Source: Candidatus Krumholzibacteriia bacterium (GTDB taxonomy: Bacteria; Krumholzibacteriota; Krumholzibacteriia; JAJRXK01). From it: a stretch of 64,000 nucleotides of DNA. The notes below the pieces were generated by a model. The model was not told where the DNA came from, did not search any database, and saw only the letters and a list, made by a program, of their open reading frames with translations. Positions 18,158 to 27,228 of the stretch are shown here, piece by piece. How positions within the stretch are numbered: the stretch's first letter is position 1; the number at the start of each line of letters is the position of its first letter. Location of the stretch: the NCBI GenBank assembly GCA_041484665.1, contig JBGPIA010000001.1, forward strand, positions 160,001 to 224,000. The letters are read 5' to 3'. Both the position numbers and the translations under genes were made by a program.

Positions 18158-21157
18158 CTACTTCACCAGGCTCATGCTGCGAGTGGCCTGGAAATCACCC
18201 GCCTCGATCCGGTACAGGTACGTACCGCTGGCCACCGCCGCGCCGTTCGCGTCGCGACCGTCCCAGCGCACACTGTGCGAGCCCTCGGTCAGCTCCCCCG
18301 CCAAGAGGGAGCGGATCATCCGGCCCGAAACGTCGTAGATCCGCAGCGTCGCGTGACCGGCCTGCGGCAGGTCGAACGCGATCATGGTCGACGGGTTGAA
18401 CGGGTTCGGCCGGTTCTGCGCCAGGAGATACCGCTGCGGCAGGCCCGACGACGGCGTGCCCACGTCCGTGGCGTCGAAGCTGACGATCTCGAAGTCATCG
18501 ACCGCCGCCTCGACCAGCGATCCCGGCGGCGCGTCCTCGGCAATGAACCGCAGCCGCACCTGGTCGGTCGGCGCGAGGATATCCTCCACGCGCACGATCA
18601 CCTTCGACCAGACGTTGGCCGATAGCAGCGTGTTCTCGACATCGGACCACGTGGTGCCGCCGTCGTTGCTGATCTTCACGCGCCACACGTCCGTGCCCGG
18701 CGCGCTGCCCAGGTTGTTGGTGTACCAGCGCCAGTACCGGATGGCCGGGTGGTGCATTCCGGAGAGGTTGAACACCGGCGTCTGGAGCGTCGTCTTTCCC
18801 CCGTCGACGTCCTCGGTGCCTGCCGGATCGGCCGGCGACGCAGCGTTACCGGTCACGAAGCACTGCACTCCGGCCAGTGTATGGTCGTCCTCCGGCTGCG
18901 CGGGCACGCCGTCGACGTTGCTGCCGATCGGATCGGCTTGCACCCACCGCCCGGTGGTGGCCGTGTCGTCAGCATTGGGGTTTACGGTCCAGGATGCCGC
19001 CGCCTCGAACGTCTGTAGGACTTGCTGGATCTGCGGTCCGACCAGGAATGAGAAGGGCAGCACCTGCGGCGTCTCCGGCAGCGTGATCGGCGACCCTCCG
19101 GCTGCGCTGGCGCGGAAGGAGTAGCGCACCAGCGTCCCCAGCGGCTGCGCGGGGATGGCCCCGTTGAACACGCCGCCGCCGGCCGGCGTCATGGGCGCGA
19201 CGGTCTCGGAGCCGCCGTCGAGTGTATAGACCAGCTGCACCGAGGAGGGATCGACGGCGAACAACGCGCTGCCGCTGGTCACCGTCGCAGCGATCGCCAG
19301 CGAGTTGGCCATGTCCACGGTGTCGGCGTGCTCCGTGTGGGCGATCGCGACATAGAGCGATGGCCCGATGCCGTGCTGGTTGAAGGCCTGCAGGATCTGG
19401 CTCCAGTGCGGTGTCTGGTTGGCCAGGTTCCCGTCGTCGTCATCGGCCACGAGCGTCTCGAGGAAGACCTCCTCGTAGGCGATGTGCGTGTCCACATCGT
19501 CGGGCAGCCCATACTTGGCGAAGTGGGCCAGATGCTGCGTCGTGGACAGGCCGACCAGCAGCCGCAGGTCCCAGAAAGCCCCTCCGATGATCAGGCCGTC
19601 GGTATGCACCTCGCCGGAGACGTCGCGCGGCCAGGTATTGGTGTTGACCAGGTCGCGGATGTGACCGCCGCCGACGAAGAATCCCTGGCCGATGACTGGG
19701 TCGTCCTCGACCATCGCCGCGTTGATGTCGGCCGTGCCCTCGTGGAGCGCGCCGTTGATCATCCCTAAGGGGCTGCCCAGCGACACGTAGAGGTTATCGT
19801 TGATGCCGTGGCCGTACTCGTGGAAGACGACGTCAGAGACCGACCCCGTGTTGTTGCATCCGGCGCCCGCCGCAAAGAAGTTGAGCCCCGTCCCATCCCA
19901 GAACGCGTTGCAGGTCTGGGGGATGTTGACCAGCACCGGGATGGCGTGGTCCAGCGCGACGAAGGATGGATCGATCCCCTTGATGTACGCGTGGGCGCGG
20001 GTGGTGTTGTAGAACGTATCGCGCTCGGGCTGGATGCTGTTCGCATTCGTGAACGGGATGTCCACGACCGGACTCACGTTGGGGTTGATGCCGGACTGGC
20101 TGAACAGGGCGGTGCTGCCGCCATCATTGCGGCTGACGGCGGCGAAGGGGCCGCGCATACGGGCGGTCAGCGAGATCGTTCCGCTGACCCCCGTCCGGCT
20201 GTAGAGGCCTGTGACATCGCTCTGCACGACGGCGCCGCCGGTCCCGGTCACCGTGACGGCGCAATCGCGCACCGGCAGGGTCTGCGGAACGTCCTCGGGT
20301 GACTGCGGATGGACCAGCCCGGTGACGGTGCCGCTCACGCTCGCGTAGCGCACGCGGTCGAAGCGCCAGCGCACCAGACCGCTGTGGGCGTCCACGAACG
20401 TATCCCACTCGTGGGGCGGCTCGGCCTGGCTCACGCGCACCCGGCGCACCAGCGCGTAGTCTGCGGCGGTGGCCGTCTCCAGCGGGAGCACGTAGAGCTC
20501 GTCGCCGCCGCTCGCGGAGTCGGCGTTAGGGTCGAAGACCAAGCCGGCGCGCGCCAGCACGCGAGCCGTCGCGGCGTCCACCGTCGGCACCACGTCGAGC
20601 TGTATGCCGGTGCGCGTGTCGGAGCCGAAGGCGAACACGCTGCCGTCGACGTCCAGGCGCACGGTGACGTCGGTGAGCAGCAGCGGCACGCCCTGGAAGC
20701 GCTGCTGGAAGTGGACATACCAGACGCGTCCCGCCTGCTCGGTGGCCGCCAGCTGGAGATCGGCCCCGGCAGCCCTGGTTAGCGCCGACTCCGAGCGCAA
20801 GAACCCGAGCGCGGCGGCCTGCGCTTGCTGTGGCGTGGCGATCGTGCCGGCGACGCGGATGCCGGCGCCAAAGGCGCGGTGCGGCGTCGCGGTCAGCGCG
20901 TTCCAGAGCACGTCCCAGCCGGAGTGGCGAGCGGTGAAATCGCCCCAGATGGCCGCGGCCTTGGCCGGCCCTGCGGGCGGGGCGGCAGTGATGAACGCGG
21001 CGCGGCCGGATTCCTGGGGCAATGGCACGGCGCCGTTGGCGGGCGATCCGGGCGTCTGGACTGCGAAGGCGGGCGAGGCACAAACCAAGAGGACAAACAG
21101 GAGCAGCGAAAGGCGGCCAACGTGGCGCGCTCTCCGGGACGGACGGGTCCGGATCAT
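18158..21157 (-). CDS. Secreted M4/M36-like zinc metallopeptidase with propeptide and C-terminal FlgD-Ig-like domain
   Basis: Signal peptide, FTP/PepSY-like pro-region, CNAFWDG, HEYGH, LHEGTAD, EVH; QNRPNPFNP tail. Confidence 0.85.
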   Translation of the reverse strand: MIRTRPSRRARHVGRLSLLLFVLLVCASPAFAVQTPGSPANGAVPLPQESGRAAFITAAPPAGPAKAAAIWGDFTARHSGWDVLWNALTATPHRAFGAGIRVAGTIATPQQAQAAALGFLRSESALTRAAGADLQLAATEQAGRVWYVHFQQRFQGVPLLLTDVTVRLDVDGSVFAFGSDTRTGIQLDVVPTVDAATARVLARAGLVFDPNADSASGGDELYVLPLETATAADYALVRRVRVSQAEPPHEWDTFVDAHSGLVRWRFDRVRYASVSGTVTGLVHPQSPEDVPQTLPVRDCAVTVTGTGGAVVQSDVTGLYSRTGVSGTISLTARMRGPFAAVSRNDGGSTALFSQSGINPNVSPVVDIPFTNANSIQPERDTFYNTTRAHAYIKGIDPSFVALDHAIPVLVNIPQTCNAFWDGTGLNFFAAGAGCNNTGSVSDVVFHEYGHGINDNLYVSLGSPLGMINGALHEGTADINAAMVEDDPVIGQGFFVGGGHIRDLVNTNTWPRDVSGEVHTDGLIIGGAFWDLRLLVGLSTTQHLAHFAKYGLPDDVDTHIAYEEVFLETLVADDDDGNLANQTPHWSQILQAFNQHGIGPSLYVAIAHTEHADTVDMANSLAIAATVTSGSALFAVDPSSVQLVYTLDGGSETVAPMTPAGGGVFNGAIPAQPLGTLVRYSFRASAAGGSPITLPETPQVLPFSFLVGPQIQQVLQTFEAAASWTVNPNADDTATTGRWVQADPIGSNVDGVPAQPEDDHTLAGVQCFVTGNAASPADPAGTEDVDGGKTTLQTPVFNLSGMHHPAIRYWRWYTNNLGSAPGTDVWRVKISNDGGTTWSDVENTLLSANVWSKVIVRVEDILAPTDQVRLRFIAEDAPPGSLVEAAVDDFEIVSFDATDVGTPSSGLPQRYLLAQNRPNPFNPSTMIAFDLPQAGHATLRIYDVSGRMIRSLLAGELTEGSHSVRWDGRDANGAAVASGTYLYRIEAGDFQATRSMSLVK

Positions 21158-21477
21158 AGCAGGTCCACACCTCCAGAGGTCCACGGGTGGTGAAACGCTC
21201 ACGGTGCCAAGGCGAGCCCGGGGGACCAGGGGAGAGGGGCCGGCCGCAGCGGCGAGAGCCGTCGAGTTCGATCGTCCGCACGCGAGACCCGGAGGGGAAG
21301 GAATCTGCCGCGGTGCCTGGTGATTATATCATGGATACAGGGAGTTGTCCGCCGGGCCGGGAACGCGCGGGCGGCGTCGCACGACTGCGCGGACAAAGCT
21401 TTGGCAAAGCGGGTGCGGCGCCCCCGAGCTGCGCGGCACTGCGGGGCAACACGCGGGAGCGCGCGGTGCTCCGGGCG

Positions 21478-21822
21478 TCAGCGCACGGCGACCGAGAGCG
21501 AGTCGGCGGCCAGCACGGCGACGTCGTTGCGACTGGCCATTCCCGGCGTGAAATAGCCGCCCTTGGCACAGGCGCGCCCGCCGCCGGCAAAGCGTACCCA
21601 GACCTGCAGGGGGCCCTCGGTGGCCAACGCGAGCGGCGCCTCGATCACGGCTCCAGGCGCGACCGCGGGAAGGACCGTCGCTTGCGCGCCGACCACCACC
21701 GTCACCGATGCCACCGGCCGCGCCGACCGGTTCCACACTCGAACCGTTGGAAGGTCGTCGCGGCTCATGCCCAGCCCCAGCACCAGGAATGCGAAGCCAA
21801 CCACGATCAGGAGGATTCGCAT
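21478..21822 (-). CDS. Small exported hypothetical protein
   Basis: MRILLIVVGFAFLVLGLG hydrophobic N-terminus, beta-rich body. Confidence 0.5.
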   Translation of the reverse strand: MRILLIVVGFAFLVLGLGMSRDDLPTVRVWNRSARPVASVTVVVGAQATVLPAVAPGAVIEAPLALATEGPLQVWVRFAGGGRACAKGGYFTPGMASRNDVAVLAADSLSVAVR

Positions 21823-22027
21823 GGCGAACGTTCGCGTAGCAGGATTCGCTCCAGACGCTGCGCAGCCTGGCCCGGGGATCTTGGGTCCTGGCCTTTCGCC
21901 TTGCCTCCCCCCGGGCGGTCCCCTAAGCTGTACCGTCTGCGCCGCGCCGCGGGCGCACCCGACGCTGATGCTCGGCGGAGCGAGTGCCGGATCTTCCGCA
22001 TTCAGAATGGTTTGAAGGGGTTCGTCC

Positions 22028-23179
22028 ATGAGATACCTGCTCCTGGGCGCAGGCCAGCAGGGCCGTGCCATCGCCTTCGATCTGCTCCGCGATCCCGACA
22101 CCGAGGTCGTGCTCGCCGATGCGGATCCGGACCACCTCGAGGAGGTCGTCGCGTGGTTGGACGACCCGCGGGTGTCCCCCGAGCCAATCGACGCCACCCG
22201 CCGCGACGAGTGCCGCGCCGCCATGGACGAGATCGATTGCGCGATCAACGCGTTGCCGTACGCATTCAACTACGACCTCACCCTGGATGCGATCGCCACC
22301 AAGACGCGCCTCGTCGACCTGGGTGGAAACACTTCGGTCGTGCATAGCCAGATCGAGCTCGACGCTCAGGCGCGCGAGGCCGGCATCACCGTCATTCCCG
22401 ACTGCGGACTGGCGCCTGGGCTGGCGGTGATCCTCGCCGCCGATGCCTGCAACCGCCTCACCCGCGTGGAGGAGCTCAAGATCCGCGTCGGCGGGCTCCC
22501 CCAGAAGCCCCAGGGCGCGCTCCAGTACATGCTGACCTTCAACGTCGAAGGGCTGCTCAACGAGTACAGCGAGCCCGTGCTGGCCGTCCGCGCCGGCGAA
22601 ACGGTGCGCCTGGAACCCCTGACTGAGGTCGAGACGCTCCGATTCCCGGAGCCCTTCGGGGACCTCGAGGCGTTCCTCACCAGCGGGGGCCTCTCGACCC
22701 TGCCGCGCACGCTGGCGCACAAGGTCGAAAACATGGACTACAAGACGATCCGGTACGCGGGTCACGCGGCGTTGATGCGCTCGTACTACGAGCTGGGGTT
22801 GTTCAGCCGCGAGTCCCGCTCCCTTTCGGACGGCAGCAAGGTGCGCCCGCGCGATGTGCTCGCGAAGCTCGTCGAGGACACCTGCTCCTACCAGGAAGCC
22901 GACGTGGTGCTGCTGCGCATCACGGCCGACGGTGTGAAGAACAACGTGCCCGTCACGGTGCGGACCCAGATCATCGACCGATTCGACAAGGAGAACGGGA
23001 TCACGGCCATGATGCGCCTGACGGGCTATCCCACGGCGATCATCGCGCGCATGCTGGCCGCCGGGGTGATCGTCGAGCACGGTGTGCTGCCCGGCGAGCG
23101 CTGCGTTCCCGTAGATCTCCTGCGCACCGAGCTGAAGCACCGTGACATCCAGCTCGAGGAGATGGTGAAGGTCGTCTGA
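22028..23179 (+). CDS. Saccharopine dehydrogenase / lysine 6-dehydrogenase family
   Basis: LLGAGQQG Rossmann motif, DCGLAPG, VGGLPQ, YKTIRYAGH, MMRLTG. Confidence 0.85.
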   Translation: MRYLLLGAGQQGRAIAFDLLRDPDTEVVLADADPDHLEEVVAWLDDPRVSPEPIDATRRDECRAAMDEIDCAINALPYAFNYDLTLDAIATKTRLVDLGGNTSVVHSQIELDAQAREAGITVIPDCGLAPGLAVILAADACNRLTRVEELKIRVGGLPQKPQGALQYMLTFNVEGLLNEYSEPVLAVRAGETVRLEPLTEVETLRFPEPFGDLEAFLTSGGLSTLPRTLAHKVENMDYKTIRYAGHAALMRSYYELGLFSRESRSLSDGSKVRPRDVLAKLVEDTCSYQEADVVLLRITADGVKNNVPVTVRTQIIDRFDKENGITAMMRLTGYPTAIIARMLAAGVIVEHGVLPGERCVPVDLLRTELKHRDIQLEEMVKVV

Positions 23180-23190
23180 CGCCGCGCGGC

Positions 23191-24948
23191 ATGAGCGCTC
23201 CCACACTGCGCTACAGCCTCCGCATCGCCGACATCCCGGGCAAGCGCCTCGAGGTGCGCATCGCCGTACCGTCCGCGCCCGGCGAGCCGCTGCGCCTGCG
23301 CATGCCGGCGTGGATCCCCGGCAGTTACCTGATCCGCGAGTTCGCCGGCCACGTCGTTGGCGTCACGGCGCAGGCGGGCGGCCGAGCTGTAGCGGTCCAC
23401 AAAGAGGACAAGGCCACCTGGCGCGTGACCGCGCGCGCCGGAGAGTCGCTGGAGATCGCCTATCAGGTCTACGCGCCTGAGCTGAGCGTGCGCACCAACG
23501 ATGTCTCCGACGATCACGCCTTCGTTAGCCCCGGCGCCACGTTCATGGCGGTGGAGGGCCTGGAGGGCGTGCCGGCCACTTTGCGCGTCGAGGCCCCCGC
23601 GGGCTGGCACGCGGCGGTGGCGCTGGAGCCCGTGGCGCGGTCGGCCGACACGTTCTACGTGCCCGACTACGAGACCCTCGTGGACAGTCCACTGGAGATC
23701 GGCCCCCACGACGTCCACGTCTTCGAGGTGCAGGGAAGACGCCACGAGGTGGTCTGCCACGGCGACGGCAACCTGGACGTACCGCGGTTCTTGGGCGACG
23801 TCCGGCGCATCGTCGAGGCCGAGGCGGCGCTCTTCGGCGAGCTCCCCTACCGGCGCTATCTGTTCATCGTGCACCTGACCCACGATCGCAGCGGCGGGCT
23901 GGAGCACGCGCAGTGCTGCGCCGTGGCCTGGCCAAAGCTGAAGTTCCGGCCCGAGAAGGAATATCGCCGCTTCCTGACGCTGGTTGCCCACGAGTTCTTC
24001 CACCTGTGGAACGTCAAGCGCATCCGCCCCGCGGCTCTGGTGGGCGCCGACCTGGCGCAGGAGACCTACACACGCCTGCTGTGGGTGTTCGAGGGAATCA
24101 CCAGCTACTACGACGAGCTCATTCCTCTACGCGCAGGGCTCTTCGCTCCCCGCGACTTCTTCGAGCTGCTGTGCGAGCGGATCGTTGCCGAGGCGTCCCG
24201 CCCGGGACGTGCGGTGCAGAGCCTGGCCGAGAGCAGCTTCGACACCTGGATCAAGCTCTACCGTCCCACCCCGGACAGCCTCAACAGCCAGGTGAGCTAC
24301 TACGAGCGCGGCGAGCTGGTGGCGTTGTTGCTGGATCTCCTGCTGCGCCACGCCAGCGCGGATGAGCGCAGCCTCGACGACGTGATGCGCGCGCTTTACA
24401 GCGAGCTGGGCCGCTCCGGGCGCGGCCTGGAGGAAGACGCGCTGCCGACGCTGGTGCACACGGTAACCGGCGTGGACGTGAGCGAATTCCTGCGCGAGCA
24501 CATCGAAACCACCGTGCCGCTGCGCTTCGACGCGGCGCTGGCCCACGTCGGGCTGCGCCTGCAGCCCAAGCCGCGCGACCCGGCGCAGCCCGAGTCGGGC
24601 TGGCTGGGCCTGCGCATGGAGAACGGTGAATCGCCCAATCGCGTGGCCGCCGTGCTGCTGGGCGGCCCGGCCCACGCCGGCGGCCTCACGGCCGGTGACG
24701 AGATCGTGGCCCTGAACGGTCACCGCGTCGGCAGCAACTTCAAGGAGCAGATCGAGCTCTTCCGTCCCGGCGAGACGGCCACCTGGGCCGCATTCCGGCG
24801 CGACCGACTGGCGCAGGGCACGGTGATCTTCGGGCGCGATCCGAATCCGCCGCTGGAGATCATTGCGGTGGAGAGCCCGTCCGTGCTGCAGTGCCGCAGC
24901 TTCGCTCGCTGGAGCGCAGCCGAGTGGCCGTTCGATCCGGGCGTGTGA
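23191..24948 (+). CDS. M61 glycyl aminopeptidase family with PDZ domain
   Basis: [36 protein letters not shown]-terminal [13 protein letters not shown]. Confidence 0.9.
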   Translation: MSAPTLRYSLRIADIPGKRLEVRIAVPSAPGEPLRLRMPAWIPGSYLIREFAGHVVGVTAQAGGRAVAVHKEDKATWRVTARAGESLEIAYQVYAPELSVRTNDVSDDHAFVSPGATFMAVEGLEGVPATLRVEAPAGWHAAVALEPVARSADTFYVPDYETLVDSPLEIGPHDVHVFEVQGRRHEVVCHGDGNLDVPRFLGDVRRIVEAEAALFGELPYRRYLFIVHLTHDRSGGLEHAQCCAVAWPKLKFRPEKEYRRFLTLVAHEFFHLWNVKRIRPAALVGADLAQETYTRLLWVFEGITSYYDELIPLRAGLFAPRDFFELLCERIVAEASRPGRAVQSLAESSFDTWIKLYRPTPDSLNSQVSYYERGELVALLLDLLLRHASADERSLDDVMRALYSELGRSGRGLEEDALPTLVHTVTGVDVSEFLREHIETTVPLRFDAALAHVGLRLQPKPRDPAQPESGWLGLRMENGESPNRVAAVLLGGPAHAGGLTAGDEIVALNGHRVGSNFKEQIELFRPGETATWAAFRRDRLAQGTVIFGRDPNPPLEIIAVESPSVLQCRSFARWSAAEWPFDPGV

Positions 24949-25066
24949 GCCGCCCCGGTCGTCGCGCGGGGCCGCGCCGCGCCGGCAACTCCCAGCCAGC
25001 TTTCACGTAATTGGATCCAAGCGGCCCGTGGCGGGCCGCCCGCAACCGCAAGCCAGGAGGGACACG

Positions 25067-25867
25067 ATGCCTCGCATGCACGAGGTGGACTTCCAGATCT
25101 TCGGTGACGACATGCAGTTCGTCGAGATCGAGCTCGATCCCATGGAGGCCGTCGTGGCCGAGGCCGGCGGCATGATGTACATGGACGACGGCATCGCTAT
25201 GGAGACGATCTTCGGCGATGGCTCCCCCCAGCAGCAGAAAGGCCTGATGGGCGCTCTGATGGGCGCGGGCAAGCGGCTGCTGACCGGCGAGTCGCTCTTC
25301 ATGACCGTGTTCCAGAATCAAGGCCAGGGCAAGCGCCGCGTCGCCTTCGGTGCGCCGATCCCCGGCAAGATCGTGTCCGCGGACCTGGCGCAGCTGGGCG
25401 GTGAGCTGATCGCGCAGAAGGACTCGTTCCTGTGCGCCGCGAAAGGGGTCAGCATCGGCATCGCCTTCCAGAAACGTCTGGGCGTGGGGCTGTTCGGCGG
25501 CGAGGGCTTCATCATGCAGCGGCTCCAGGGAGACGGGCTGTTGTTCATGAACGCCTGCGGCACGCTCTACCAGCGCGACCTGCAGCCGGGCGAGCTGTTG
25601 CGCGTCGACACCGGCTGCATCGTCGCCCTGCAGCCTTCGGTGGAGTACAACATCGAGATGGTGCGCGGAATCAAGAGCGCGCTGTTCGGCGGCGAAGGGC
25701 TGTTCTTCACCACGCTGCGCGGTCCCGGGCACATCTGGCTGCAGTCGCTGCCGTTCAGCCGGCTGGCCGGGCGTATATTCGCGGCGGCGCCGCAAGTGGG
25801 GCGCGGAGGGCGCGAGGAGGGCTCGATCCTGGGCGGGCTGGGCAGGCTGATCGACGGGGACCGTTGA
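25067..25867 (+). CDS. TIGR00266 / AIM24 family protein
   Basis: [30 protein letters not shown] repeats, LQSLPF; GGAGG RBS. Confidence 0.9.
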   Translation: MPRMHEVDFQIFGDDMQFVEIELDPMEAVVAEAGGMMYMDDGIAMETIFGDGSPQQQKGLMGALMGAGKRLLTGESLFMTVFQNQGQGKRRVAFGAPIPGKIVSADLAQLGGELIAQKDSFLCAAKGVSIGIAFQKRLGVGLFGGEGFIMQRLQGDGLLFMNACGTLYQRDLQPGELLRVDTGCIVALQPSVEYNIEMVRGIKSALFGGEGLFFTTLRGPGHIWLQSLPFSRLAGRIFAAAPQVGRGGREEGSILGGLGRLIDGDR

Positions 25868-25953
25868 TCACGCCGCAGAGGGCGCGGTGGGCCGGCGCTG
25901 CTGGGGGCACGCGCCGCGCCCGCGAGGCTCTGATCGCCGCACCGCGCCCCCGC

Positions 25954-27108
25954 TCACGGCAGCGCCTGTTTCAGATCGGCGATCAGATCGTCGGTCCCCT
26001 CGACTCCCACCGATAGCCGCACCAGCCCGTCGACGATGCCCAACCGCTGGCGGTCCGCCGACGTGAGCCCTGCATGGCTGGTGGTCGCCGGCAGCGTGAT
26101 CAGCGATTCCACGCCGCCCAGGCTGGGCGCGACCGCAGGCAGCGTGAGCTTGCGCAGGAAGGCGTCCACCGCCGGGCGGCCGTCCTTGAGCTCGAAACTG
26201 AGCATCCCGCTGAAGCCATCGAACAGCTTGCGCGCGCGCTCGTGGCGCCGGTGGCTGGGCAACCCGGGGTAGCCCACCTTGGCCACGGCTGGGTGCTGCT
26301 CGAGGAAGCGTGCGATCGTCAGCGCGCTCTGGTTCTGGTGGCGCACGCGCAGGGCGAGCGTCTTGAGACCCCGGTGCAGCAGGAAGCACGCGTGCGGATC
26401 CAACGAGCCGCCCAGATGGTTGAGCGCGTGGAGGGTCTTCTCGACCAGATCTGCGCGTCCGATCACGGCCCCGCACACCAGATCGCTGTGCCCATTGAGG
26501 TACTTCGTGGCGCTGTGCAGCGAGAGGTCGAACCCCCACTCGGCCGGCCGGAAGTTCACGGGGCTGGTAAAGGTGTTATCGATCATGCTGACGAGCTTGT
26601 GCGCCTTGGCGAAGGCGACGACCGCCTCGAGATCGACCACCTCCATCAGCGGGTTCGTGATCGACTCGACGTAGACCGCGCGGGTGTTCGGCCGCAGTTT
26701 CTGCTCCCAGCCGCGCGGGTCGTCGGCATCGATGAAGTCGACCTCCAGCCCGAAGCGGGCGAAGTCCTTGGTGAGGAAGTCGTGGGTCCCGCCGTAGAGG
26801 CTCTTGTGGGCCAGCAGGTGCCCTCCCCTGTCCAGCGCTGCGAAGAGCGCTGTCGTGATGGCCGCCATGCCGCTGCCCGTCACCAGCGCGGCCTCGGCGT
26901 TCTCCAGGGCCGCGAGCTTGCGGTGCAACACCAGGTGATTGGGCGTGTTATTGAGGCGGATGTACTTGACGTCGTGATACCCGGCCTCGCCAGCGTACTC
27001 GTAGGTGGCCGACTGGAAGATGGGCATGGCGACGGCGCCGCCGACGCGCGGCTCCATCTCGCCGGCATGGATGAGGCGGGTATCGAGCTGGGTGAGGGGC
27101 TTGGGCAT
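25954..27108 (-). CDS. PLP-dependent Cys/Met metabolism enzyme (cystathionine gamma-synthase/lyase family)
   Basis: SGMAAI, ESITNP, DNTF, HSATKYLNGHSD, SLGGVESL. Confidence 0.9.
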   Translation of the reverse strand: MPKPLTQLDTRLIHAGEMEPRVGGAVAMPIFQSATYEYAGEAGYHDVKYIRLNNTPNHLVLHRKLAALENAEAALVTGSGMAAITTALFAALDRGGHLLAHKSLYGGTHDFLTKDFARFGLEVDFIDADDPRGWEQKLRPNTRAVYVESITNPLMEVVDLEAVVAFAKAHKLVSMIDNTFTSPVNFRPAEWGFDLSLHSATKYLNGHSDLVCGAVIGRADLVEKTLHALNHLGGSLDPHACFLLHRGLKTLALRVRHQNQSALTIARFLEQHPAVAKVGYPGLPSHRRHERARKLFDGFSGMLSFELKDGRPAVDAFLRKLTLPAVAPSLGGVESLITLPATTSHAGLTSADRQRLGIVDGLVRLSVGVEGTDDLIADLKQALP

Positions 27109-27228
27109 GTGCGGACTCCCGTCTGGGCAAGGGGGGCTCCCGAAGCGGGGGGTGCACCCAGTATATTCGCGGTGCCGTAGGGGAAGCAAAACCGCAACCT
27201 GTCGTCCGTTGGCCTGGACGGGGTTCCT

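Noticed and set aside
21401..21416. Sigma-54-like GG-N10-GC site (TTGGCAAAGCGGGTGC)
   Set aside because: Weak -12 element, ~600 bp from the next + strand gene and facing an antisense ORF
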